The notes below the pieces were generated by a model, which had not been told where the DNA came from, searched no databases, and saw nothing but the letters and a program-made list of their open reading frames with translations. Shown one piece after another: positions 55,900-64,000 of a DNA stretch of 64,000 bases. Position 1 is the stretch's first letter. Every line of letters begins with the position of its first letter. The position numbers and the translations under genes are program-made. The stretch is from a bacterium (GTDB lineage: Bacteria > Patescibacteriota > Minisyncoccia > Phycocordibacterales > UBA918), in the NCBI GenBank assembly GCA_027487145.1, contig JAIYEC010000070.1:4477-68476 (forward strand), read 5' to 3'.

Positions 55900-58143
55900 C
55901 TACCACCACAATCCTGGCAAACCAGCGGCTTTCATCTGAGCCCGGGTAATTGCTCCGAAGTAACCAGAAGCTGGGACAATACCGTATTTTAGTTGGTATT
56001 CAATCAGCGCTTGTTCGGTGTAATTGATGAAATCACCAGTCGCAGTTACTCGAGCGAGTTCTCGGGCTTTTGGTCCAGTGTTATGATTAATCAATAACAC
56101 CTGCAAGGCTTGAACGTCTTCCCCGCTTAGGCCACGGTACAAATCACGAACAATCAGACCAGTCACATCCACCACCGGTTGAACCGCTTGATCAAGAATC
56201 GTAATCACCACAGCCGGTAGCTCGATTCCCGCCATACGCGCTGCTTCAAAGACAGCCCTGTTTTGATTAATAAATTCTCGGAGTGAAGCAGGTACTGTTA
56301 TATTCTGACTTATCTCAGTATCCGCTTTGCTATCTGTTGGATTAGTTGTTCGACGAGTACCTCCTCCGCCACTGCGTCGAGGCTCATCTTCATCGACAGA
56401 GGTAAAGTTCTGCCAACGGAAAAATGGATAGCCTCCATTTTCGCTTGGGTTAATACCCCAGATAGTAGTGAAGTTCCAGCCGGCACCAGTGTAGGTACTA
56501 CTCATTTTCATTCCTGGGGTTGCAATACCACTTCCAGCTCCAGAAGCGGATTGATTACTAGCTACACTATCCCAAAATGACGCAGTGATAGTATTTTCAT
56601 CTGACTCTCCAATCAGACCACCTACAAACGTATTTCCTGTCACTAAACCGCGCGCGTATACATTTATATATTGTGAATTTGATACTTGTCCACTAAAGCC
56701 ACCAACATAATTAGTTCCGGTTACCGTCCCTGCCGCGTAGCCATCAGTAATGGTCATGCCTCCGCTACTGCCAAGGAACCCTCCGACCTGGTCGCTACCT
56801 GTTACATCTCCAGTGGCAAACACTTGACTCATGGTCGAGCCAGGTCCTTCACAGCCATCATTACCAGTAAAACCTCCTGCACTGGCACCTGTTGCAGTCA
56901 CATCACCAGTTGCGTAAGCACGTACGATTTCTGCACCACACCCACTGCTCCCGAACATACCGCCGACAGATTCAGTACCTGTCACATCGCCGGTTGCAAA
57001 GCTATTCAAGACATAACCACTTGAAAACCGTCCAGCAAAGCCTCCAATTGAAAATTCCGTTCCACTCACATCACCAGTAGCTGAACTAGTTGCAACACTA
57101 GCATCACTAGCTGAGCCAATGAGTCCTCCGACTTCATTGAGACCCTCTATCACTCCGGAAGCAGCAGCGTAACTGACACTACTTTCAGTCAGACTCCCTA
57201 CCAACCCTGCGACTCTACGATTTCCGGTTACGTCACTGGTACTGGTAGCATACGAAACAGTGGCATTATTCTCGACGGTACCGGCAATTCCACCAATCCG
57301 ATCTCCACGCTTCCCGTTATCATTTGTGCCATCAATTTCACCGGTTGAAACAACTCGAGTCAAAGAACCCCGCTCCATTCGTCCTACGATACCACCAATA
57401 TCTTCACCTCCATCAATAAATGCTGTCGATGTTGCATAAGTAATGGTTGTATCAAGAGCACTTCCGACGACACCACCAATAATGATTCCGCTTCCTTTAA
57501 CAGCACCACCAACAACAACATTTGAAATTGTAGTTCCGTTAGTATAGCCAGCGACTCCTCCGCCATATTCCCCCCAACGGGTCCAGATACAAGCGGCTGG
57601 CTGACATACATCTGGGGTACTCATGACATCAATTCCAAGATATGTAACACCAACATTTACTTGAACATTTTCAATGATACCTCCTACTGCATATCCAACT
57701 AAACCACCAACATATCGATACCCCTTGATTGCTACATTGGTGAGACGGATATTCTCCAGTGTCGCGTCTTCTGTATACCCAAACAATCCAACATGCTGTT
57801 CGTCATCAACTCCTTCTCCTGGCAAATCGTCTGCTCGTTCAATAAATAAGTCTCGAATTTCAAAGTTCTGCCCATCAAGTGAACCAATAAATTTTGCTGT
57901 GCTGGTACCAACTGGAGTAAAGCCCTTTCCTCCGTTCCACAAAGTGGTAACACCACATTCGATATGATTCTCTAGTCGATAGTGGGCATCAAGATCATCA
58001 GCCATTTCTCGTAATCCATCACAATCTGTAATTTGGTATGGATCATTTATTGTTCCAGCCCCAGCTCCCGTAAACGCTTCAGCGGCAGTTCCATAAGTTG
58101 CAAAAATAAAAACACTGATTGCAACAAGTTTAGGTAAATTCAT
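55900..58143 (-). CDS. large secreted surface protein with Gly-rich (GLUG-like) repeats and a C-terminal putative peptidoglycan-binding domain
   Basis: Signal peptide, then many repeats of ..VGG[LFI][IAV]G.., and a C-terminal segment like PG_binding_1 (LSGEDVQALQVLLINHN..YTEQALIEYQLKYGI). Confidence 0.5.
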   Translation of the reverse strand: MNLPKLVAISVFIFATYGTAAEAFTGAGAGTINDPYQITDCDGLREMADDLDAHYRLENHIECGVTTLWNGGKGFTPVGTSTAKFIGSLDGQNFEIRDLFIERADDLPGEGVDDEQHVGLFGYTEDATLENIRLTNVAIKGYRYVGGLVGYAVGGIIENVQVNVGVTYLGIDVMSTPDVCQPAACIWTRWGEYGGGVAGYTNGTTISNVVVGGAVKGSGIIIGGVVGSALDTTITYATSTAFIDGGEDIGGIVGRMERGSLTRVVSTGEIDGTNDNGKRGDRIGGIAGTVENNATVSYATSTSDVTGNRRVAGLVGSLTESSVSYAAASGVIEGLNEVGGLIGSASDASVATSSATGDVSGTEFSIGGFAGRFSSGYVLNSFATGDVTGTESVGGMFGSSGCGAEIVRAYATGDVTATGASAGGFTGNDGCEGPGSTMSQVFATGDVTGSDQVGGFLGSSGGMTITDGYAAGTVTGTNYVGGFSGQVSNSQYINVYARGLVTGNTFVGGLIGESDENTITASFWDSVASNQSASGAGSGIATPGMKMSSTYTGAGWNFTTIWGINPSENGGYPFFRWQNFTSVDEDEPRRSGGGGTRRTTNPTDSKADTEISQNITVPASLREFINQNRAVFEAARMAGIELPAVVITILDQAVQPVVDVTGLIVRDLYRGLSGEDVQALQVLLINHNTGPKARELARVTATGDFINYTEQALIEYQLKYGIVPASGYFGAITRAQMKAAGLPGLWW

Positions 58144-58279
58144 AAAATGTATTAGTTATATGTAAACCTATTATAACAGTGGGTACCAACAGTATAGACG
58201 TTCCTGGGGACTTAAAACCATTTATTTTCTTTCATGAAAGCGCTATCTTCTACTCTCAGGGAGGAGTATACTCATATAT

Positions 58280-58912
58280 ATGTATTACTATATTTTAGGA
58301 GCGGTAGTGGTAGGAGTATTGTTATGGACCATTGGGAGCTACCTAGTTATCCGAAATATTGAAGAACCAAAATATACAGTATTGGAAAAACGAGATGGGT
58401 ATGAAATCAGACAGTATGATCCATACATCCTGGCCCAAACGACTGTGACTGGAAGTTATGATGAAGCTACTAATAAAGGCTTTCGGATTATTGCTGATTA
58501 CATTTTTGGGAACAACACCAAAAAAGAAAGTATTGCCATGACTACACCAGTCTTAGAAACCAAGCCGGTATCAGAAAAAATTTCTATGACGACACCAGTG
58601 CTTGAGACCTCTCTTGAAAGTAATCAGCGTGTTATCGCATTTGTCTTACCTTCACAGTACACGCTTGAAACACTCCCCACCCCAAACAACCAAGCTGTAA
58701 CCTTCACGGAAGTCCCTGGTGAAAAAGTGGCAGCACTCACCTTTACCTGGTACGCAAGCGAAGAGAGAATGGAGACTAAGAAGGCTCTCTTGCAAGAACA
58801 CCTTACTCGTGACAACTTCACAGCAGCAGGAGAACCAAAAACAGCTCGTTACAATCCCCCACTTTCTATGCCGCTCATGCTTCGAAATGAAGTGTTGATT
58901 CCGATTGAATAA
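58280..58912 (+). CDS. SOUL/HBP heme-binding-family protein with an N-terminal TM anchor
   Basis: EEPKYTVLEKRDGYEIRQY...KGFRIIADYIFGNN...MTTPV...RNEVLIPI. It contains a tandem duplication of 16 aa (IAMTTPVLETK.. / ISMTTPVLETS..). Confidence 0.6.
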   Translation: MYYYILGAVVVGVLLWTIGSYLVIRNIEEPKYTVLEKRDGYEIRQYDPYILAQTTVTGSYDEATNKGFRIIADYIFGNNTKKESIAMTTPVLETKPVSEKISMTTPVLETSLESNQRVIAFVLPSQYTLETLPTPNNQAVTFTEVPGEKVAALTFTWYASEERMETKKALLQEHLTRDNFTAAGEPKTARYNPPLSMPLMLRNEVLIPIE

Positions 58913-58915
58913 TCT

Positions 58916-59395
58916 TTAGCGGATATATCCATTCGCCTTTAAGTAGGTGGTCGTGAGGATGGGTTTGTCATGAAGATTTTTTGCTTTTATAACCTTCCCC
59001 ACAAGTAGACTGTGATCTCCGCTCGTCTCAATCAGCTGCTCGACGTGTAGCGTCATAATTCCTGCGGCTGTCTTTAAATAAGAGAGATTACCTTCTTCAC
59101 CTAGTTCAAACCGTTTTTTAAGACGGCTGATTTTATTAATTTTAGTTCCAGAGAGTTGTCCGCATATGCGTACAACGGGAGCCAAGTCTTCCCCTAAGAG
59201 TTGTAAGAGGACAGTCTCTCCAACCGCAACATTTTTGAGTGTCTGTGTGTCTCTATAGACTGCGACCATCATGAGTTTTGGGTCAAGCGAAACCGCTGTT
59301 ACATACGTACAGATATTCATGTTAGGTACTCCATCTGATGACACTGTCGACAAACTCCATACAGCGTCGTCCGGGCGATTCCATAGCTTTCTCAT
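58916..59395 (-). CDS. flavin reductase-like (FMN-binding split-barrel) domain protein
   Basis: The pattern VWSLSTVSSDGVPNMNICTYVTAVSLDPKLMMVAV resembles the flavin-reductase-like domain. Confidence 0.5.
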   Translation of the reverse strand: MRKLWNRPDDAVWSLSTVSSDGVPNMNICTYVTAVSLDPKLMMVAVYRDTQTLKNVAVGETVLLQLLGEDLAPVVRICGQLSGTKINKISRLKKRFELGEEGNLSYLKTAAGIMTLHVEQLIETSGDHSLLVGKVIKAKNLHDKPILTTTYLKANGYIR

Positions 59396-59431
59396 AGGAC
59401 TATTCTACGCGACAAAATTTTAGGTACAATA

Positions 59432-59680
59432 GTGTCTATGAAAGCACTGACTGAGATTGATATTGAACAGATCATTTTGATGGCCTGGGGAGATACTATT
59501 CCGTTTGAAGCCATCAAGCGTGAATACGGGCTAACCGAGAATCAGGTGCGTGTTCTTATGCGAAAGCATCAATCTGAAAAAACGTATCGCCGTTGGCGCG
59601 AACGGGTTGAAAAGCGCAGTGGCTTCAGTAGTAAGCACGAGCAACTGAGTACAAAAACCTCAACAAGGCAAAAATATTAA
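59432..59680 (+). CDS. DUF2805 (TIGR03643-like) small protein
   Basis: 82 aa with IILMAWGDTIPFEAIKREYGLTENQVRVLMRK..YRRWRERV. Confidence 0.5.
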   Translation: MSMKALTEIDIEQIILMAWGDTIPFEAIKREYGLTENQVRVLMRKHQSEKTYRRWRERVEKRSGFSSKHEQLSTKTSTRQKY

Positions 59681-60759
59681 TCTCCCTGACAAGCCTGCCA
59701 GAATTTGAAGAAGCTTTGATGGTAGCCAGTCACCTGCGGGAATAATTCTGCTACAGGATCTTTGTATCCAGATACATGTTCAGTGGTTGGATGTGCTTTT
59801 GAATAGACCGTGGCATTTTCAATGCCAGGAATCGTCTCAGCATTTCCGACAAATATCTTAGCGGTCGGGACGTGCATTCTAAGCAGAGCTATCATATGCT
59901 CAAGAACGAGCGGCGATACCGGGAAACGGTCAAAAAGTCTTGGCTCGATGATAAAAATTCTCTCTCCAGCTTCATCTTTTCGCCACAATGGATCAATACT
60001 CCACGGGTGGTAGAGAAGTACTGTTTTACCTGACACATCTGCAATGACATCAGCTGTTGGATACGTCATTTCAAAATTAAACGGGCTGTGTGTCAGGAGC
60101 GCCAGAGGAACATCTCCCACTCCAATCAGTTCAATTGGCATATCCAAATAGGTACCCTGCTGATGTACGTCACTACAGTTGTTTATGAGTGACTGATTTG
60201 CAACATACTGTTTTTGAACCGACGTACCAGCCACCCACTGCCACGACAACGTGTTTGAAGCCAGATCTCCGTCAATCAAATGGTAATAGAGAAATCGACT
60301 CATGTTATACCAGTGTGCCTTCCCCACATTACACGCCAGCATAGCAGTCCACATTCGCGCATGGTTGTGCATGTACCCTGTCTCCATTAATTCCTTAAGG
60401 GTATTGTCTATGACAGTGATTCCTGTAGAAGCAGTAGCAATAGCGGTGGTTACTTCTGTATGATGCCAGTCATCCCGGGAAAACCTCAAGTCAGAAAAAA
60501 TCTCCTGCTGTTTTGTTGTGAACACCTTTTGGAAATACTCTCGCCAGGCGAGTTCTTGGATGAACTTTTCAGCATTTGCTTGAGAGTACTTTTGGAGAAT
60601 CCGGTCTCTGACGGCCGGCAAGCTAATCACCCCTCGCGTAATGTATGGCGACAATCTTGAAACCGCACCGGTGAGATGATTACGGGTTTTGGCATACGTT
60701 ACTGGATTTATAGTGTCGATATATTCAAGAATTTCTTGATAAGAAAGGTGTGGGTTCAT
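59677..60759 (-). CDS. cryptochrome/photolyase-family-related protein; FAD-binding domain is N-terminal
   Basis: TRN..GAVSRLSPYITRGVIS, ELAWREYF, and TGITVIDNTLKELMETGYMHNHARMW...HLIDGDLASNTLSWQWVAG all lie in the first 190 aa or so. The C-terminal 170 aa are more weakly alpha/beta-like. Confidence 0.6.
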   Translation of the reverse strand: MNPHLSYQEILEYIDTINPVTYAKTRNHLTGAVSRLSPYITRGVISLPAVRDRILQKYSQANAEKFIQELAWREYFQKVFTTKQQEIFSDLRFSRDDWHHTEVTTAIATASTGITVIDNTLKELMETGYMHNHARMWTAMLACNVGKAHWYNMSRFLYYHLIDGDLASNTLSWQWVAGTSVQKQYVANQSLINNCSDVHQQGTYLDMPIELIGVGDVPLALLTHSPFNFEMTYPTADVIADVSGKTVLLYHPWSIDPLWRKDEAGERIFIIEPRLFDRFPVSPLVLEHMIALLRMHVPTAKIFVGNAETIPGIENATVYSKAHPTTEHVSGYKDPVAELFPQVTGYHQSFFKFWQACQGD

Positions 60760-60760
60760 T

Positions 60761-61198
60761 TTAGAGTAACGGTAAACTTTTTACTTTTTGTAAAACATCT
60801 TTTGAGTTTTGGTGACTTAAGAGTGTCAGAGCATCATCAAATGTACACCAGCGAATCTCTTTAATTTCGTGTGGTTGTGAAATATGAGTATCTGAGGATT
60901 TACACACCCCAACAAAATACTCGACTGTTTTCTCAATCCGTACTCCTTCGTGCGTGAACGAATAAGAGACAGCTATCGGAGTTTTGTCAATCAGTTCAAC
61001 TTCACTCACACCTGTTTCCTCCTGTAATTCACGCAAAGCTGCCTTAATTGGTGTCTCCCCTTTTTCAGCGTGACCTTTGGGAAAAATCCAAAAATCATCG
61101 CCTCGGTATGAGATCTGATGCACGACAAGCACCCGCCATGCGGTGCCATTATTATAAAGCGGAACGATACCATATGAGATATCTTGTTTGGTTTCCAT
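60761..61198 (-). CDS. NUDIX hydrolase
   Basis: Nudix box GHAEKGETPIKAALRELQEETGV. Confidence 0.8.
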   Translation of the reverse strand: METKQDISYGIVPLYNNGTAWRVLVVHQISYRGDDFWIFPKGHAEKGETPIKAALRELQEETGVSEVELIDKTPIAVSYSFTHEGVRIEKTVEYFVGVCKSSDTHISQPHEIKEIRWCTFDDALTLLSHQNSKDVLQKVKSLPLL

Positions 61199-61252
61199 AC
61201 AAGCAGTATACGATTTTAGAGACCAATACTCTATAGGTTGCTATACTATTAC

Positions 61253-62135
61253 TATGCGCAGTGAGCTATCAATAGAACCCCAAACATCGGGATTTGAGAC
61301 CTTGGGTCCCACTATCCTTAAAAATATTGAACGGTTTAGAAAAGCCACCGGCTGGGAACAATTTAAAGAGGAGTTAGAACGAGTAATGCGTGCTTATTAT
61401 GATGTCCTTGATAACTTCTCCGCAAGCAAACCTCCTCGCTCTCACACACTTGAAAAACAAGATTCAGAACCTGAATCCTTTGAACGGGCTCTTCAACAAT
61501 TTAAAGAGTTCTATGCTCCAAAAGAACTGATAAAGAGAATATTCGAACAATTTCCACAGCATGGCATCTACGAAAACCATGATGTAGTTGGTAATCGTGA
61601 AGAAGGGACAGGACATGGACATCGGTACATTTTAGAGCGGTTCATATCAGAAGCAGCCGAAGAAGCTGTTCGAATCTATTTTTTGGATCCTGAACATCAT
61701 GTAGGAGCAAAAAATTTCCTCCGACCAGCTATTTTGAATCTCATGGCAATGGAAGTAAATGAGGAGCTAAGTGAATTTGAATTACGGACATTGCGAGTAC
61801 GGACTGAAACAATCGATGAGTCAGTTCTCAGTAACTTTAGTAAATTAAAACATTTAGCAGAGCTTCTCTTAAAAAACAACGTAACTCCAGATCGGTTAGA
61901 AGCACTTGATATTGACCCAAGAGAAGTAATTTATTTTGCTTCAGCAGCATCAGAGGCGGTGTCAATTATGTCCAGATATGTCGGTGAGAATGGCATTAAG
62001 GCAATTCACAACAATGGATTACTGCCACGTTTTATACTTGGGAAAATTCTCTCTCACCAAGGTCTCTTAAGAAGAATTATTCAAAAAGCGGCGGCAGGTA
62101 AATATCGCTCGAAAGAATCCGGTGCTGATGAATAA
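61253..62135 (+). CDS. hypothetical protein
   Basis: The ORF has no motif. The start was chosen at MRSELSI because the 61188 start overlaps the NUDIX gene. The terminator hairpin at 62137-62172 (aaaaccgcacaatgtgcggttttt) follows. Confidence 0.4.
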
Positions 62136-62173
62136 AAAACAAAAACCGCACAATGTGCGGTTTTTGTTTTTAG

Positions 62174-62192
62174 TGTCCAGGACTGGAGTTGG
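62174..62192. repeat. 19-nt direct copy of the tRNA-Leu 3' end (gtgtccaggactggagttg)
   Basis: Identical to 62372-62390. It lies 180 bp from the tRNA 3' end. Confidence 0.7.
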
Positions 62193-62324
62193 TCACGAAT
62201 CACTAAGTAGATTTTTCGTCTTCGACTCCCAATCTCCTAAGTGTTCTCGACCCCGTCTCGCTAGCTCACAAGCTCACATCGCTCCGACTTTCAACTCCAG
62301 ACGAACGACGCGCAGGCGTCCTTC

Positions 62325-62377
62325 TTCCTGGACACAATTAAAAAAACCGGCATACGCCGGCTTTTTTAATTGTGTCC
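62325..62377. repeat. near-perfect inverted repeat with arms of about 25 bp (cctggacacaattaaaaaaaccggc..gccggcttttttaattgtgtccagg) whose right arm is the tRNA-Leu 3' end; it also works as a bidirectional terminator
   Basis: Read directly from the sequence, with one mismatch in the arms. Confidence 0.65.
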
Positions 62378-62456
62378 AGGACTGGAGTTGAACCAGCATG
62401 CCCGTGAAGGCGCTACCACCTCAAGGTAGTGCGTCTACCAATTTCGCCACCTGGAC
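62373..62456 (-). tRNA. tRNA-Leu (anticodon GAG), type II with a long variable arm
   Basis: Folded manually on the minus strand. Acceptor gtccagg/cctggac, D arm gcg-aaattggtaga-cgc, anticodon stem ctacc/ggtag with loop ttGAGgt, variable hairpin gcc..ggc, and T arm gctgg-ttcaact-ccagt. Confidence 0.75.
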
Positions 62457-62506
62457 AGTATTGGTACCTCTTTTAGAAGTGGCGCTATTATGCATTAAAC
62501 TAGCTA

Positions 62507-63448
62507 TTATTTCAACTCCCTCTCGGTCCACTCCTTTGGGTCACCAATCAACGCCAAGGCCCGTTCATGGATGTCTTCATACGAGACAAATAGTGAAGGT
62601 TTTATTGAAAAATCAGCTCCATATAAATCCTTTACTGGACCGTCATGTTTAACCCAGCGATCACCCGAAAAGACGCTCACCACTCCGCCGCCAGCCAGCA
62701 CTAAATATACTCCCGCGGCTGAATCCCAAGCGTTCATCTCTATCTGCAGTAATCCTTCAAGCTTTCCAGTCGCTACATACGCATGCTCAAGCAGTGAAGA
62801 GTGATAGTGTCCTGATTTGCCGAATTCTCTGTATAGTGCTTTTTGGAGGTTTTGTCGAGCCATCTTTATCCAAGGAGCACTACTATTGGTGCCAGTCACC
62901 GTCACAAAATTTCGTCCGGCAACTGACTGTGTTACTCCTACACGTTCTACTCCATTCTCACACAATTGTATATTTTCAAAAGCAGAGAATATTTGGCGAC
63001 TAGCTGGGTTATAGATAATCGAAAATGTCCCTTCATTATCTTCCCCGAGTCGAGCAACTGTTATCGCAAAAAAGGGGATCTTTCTCACGAAATTATCTGT
63101 GCCGTCGATGGGGTCTATCACCCAAACAAATTTTGAAGTTCCAGAGACAAATCCTTCTTCTTCACCATAAATAGCATCGTCTGGAAAATTATCTTTTATA
63201 AAGAGTTTTAGCTTTTTTTCAATTATTGCATCAACTTCAGTAACCACGGAACCATCGTATTTTTGGGTATTTTCTGAGTGTATACCGAAAAAATAATTCC
63301 GAGCAATATCTCCCAGCTCTCCCTCGACATAATTCACCAGTGTTTGAAACGTAGTTTCAATATCAGACATGAAGGTATAATGGCACAATAATGAAAAAGA
63401 CGCTAAAAAATCCATACGAACAGGGGTGATGATACGCAAGCTCCTCAT
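62507..63448 (-). CDS. inositol monophosphatase family protein (SuhB/CysQ-like)
   Basis: WVIDPIDGTDNFVRKIPFF and a downstream DSAAG-like region (WDSAAG). Confidence 0.8.
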   Translation of the reverse strand: MRSLRIITPVRMDFLASFSLLCHYTFMSDIETTFQTLVNYVEGELGDIARNYFFGIHSENTQKYDGSVVTEVDAIIEKKLKLFIKDNFPDDAIYGEEEGFVSGTSKFVWVIDPIDGTDNFVRKIPFFAITVARLGEDNEGTFSIIYNPASRQIFSAFENIQLCENGVERVGVTQSVAGRNFVTVTGTNSSAPWIKMARQNLQKALYREFGKSGHYHSSLLEHAYVATGKLEGLLQIEMNAWDSAAGVYLVLAGGGVVSVFSGDRWVKHDGPVKDLYGADFSIKPSLFVSYEDIHERALALIGDPKEWTERELK

Positions 63449-63473
63449 CAGTTCAGAGAAAGACGAGAAATAA

Positions 63474-63515
63474 AAAGAGCCTCCCCTGGTGGGGAGGCTC
63501 TTTTTATTTAAAGAT
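63474..63515. terminator. bidirectional hairpin terminator
   Basis: aaaaagagcctcccctggtggggaggctctttttattt. Confidence 0.75.
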
Positions 63516-63516
63516 G

Positions 63517-64000
63517 TTAGTCTTTCTTGTCTTCTTCTGGTGTCTCGGCAGTTTCAGCAACTACGTCTTCGACAATATCTGGAGTAACTTCTTCAGCTGG
63601 AGTTTCTGCAGCTGCGGCCTCTGCAGCCTTGGCTTCTTCAGCAGCTACGCGAGTCGCTTCTGCTTCTTCGGCAGCCTTAGCTGCTTCTTCTGCCTTCTTA
63701 GCGGCTTCAGCTTCTTTTTGTGCCATTTCAATTCCTGACTCGGTTGAGATAGAAACGAGACTCATGCGTCGCATTTGTCGCTTAACCTCCCTCGCTACCT
63801 TCTCACGAATGTAGTAGAGTTTTGCTCGACGAACCTTCGCTCGCTTCACAATTTCAATCTTATCAATCATTGGCGAGTAGAGCGGGTAAATCTTTTCGAT
63901 TCCAATCCCTCCTGATACCTTACGGACAGTGAAGGTGGCTCCTGGTTCATCACCATGCTTGCGAGCAAGCACAATTCCTTCAAAAATCTGGATACGAGTC
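63517..64000 (-). CDS. rplS: 50S ribosomal protein L19 with an Ala/Glu-rich C-terminal extension; N-terminus lies beyond the window end
   Basis: [45 protein letters not shown] matches the L19 core. The ORF is open to nt 64000. Confidence 0.8.
   Translation of the reverse strand, partial: TRIQIFEGIVLARKHGDEPGATFTVRKVSGGIGIEKIYPLYSPMIDKIEIVKRAKVRRAKLYYIREKVAREVKRQMRRMSLVSISTESGIEMAQKEAEAAKKAEEAAKAAEEAEATRVAAEEAKAAEAAAAETPAEEVTPDIVEDVVAETAETPEEDKKD

Noticed and set aside
63514-63814. Repetitive GCA/GCT/GAA-rich sequence that might suggest a CRISPR or tandem repeat.
   Set aside because: It encodes the Ala/Glu-rich low-complexity C-terminal extension of rplS. There is no repeat-spacer periodicity, and no CRISPR array was seen anywhere in the window.

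Overview
This 64 kb window looks like a core chromosomal region of a small-genome bacterium. It is dense with housekeeping genes: a 5'-truncated ftsK, recA, an ECF sigma factor, efp, the rpsF-ssb-rpsR and secE-nusG-rplK ribosomal clusters, tatD, the tRNA synthetases metG, glyQS, ileS and argS, a glyA-thyA-dcd / folA thymidylate cluster, an nrdB-nrdA operon, mscL, and a partial rplS at the window end. It also carries many hypothetical secreted or membrane proteins, three NUDIX hydrolases, and no rRNA or CRISPR. Two tRNAs were found by manual folding, tRNA-His(GUG) and tRNA-Leu(GAG), and both show att-like duplications of their 3' ends. A Candidate Phyla Radiation / Parcubacteria-like host is my inference, based on the gene repertoire, the absence of rplA after rplK and of rplI after rpsR, and unusual insertions in housekeeping proteins. 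The most interesting region is a low-GC island of about 5.2 to 5.6 kb immediately 3' of tRNA-His. It is bounded by a 13-nt direct repeat, or alternatively by a tRNA 3'-end repeat. It carries a large serine recombinase interrupted by a single in-frame TAG, a DUF3800-like gene, a three-gene operon of unknown function, and an array of GTGACA/TGTCAC palindromes. Next to it, two diverged copies of a conserved, hairpin-rich non-coding segment of about 150 nt flank an arsR-SRPBCC-membrane cassette. Other notable points are a histidine-phosphatase (PGAM-like) domain inserted into IleRS, an ATP-cone fused to NrdB while NrdA lacks one, two tandem mini beta-carbonic-anhydrase-like genes, two GC-rich islets (a small secreted protein and a CPA1 antiporter), two homopolymer frameshifts, and a photolyase-related protein with apparently swapped domain order. 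All functional calls come from motif recognition by eye in the translated ORFs. No database searches were run.
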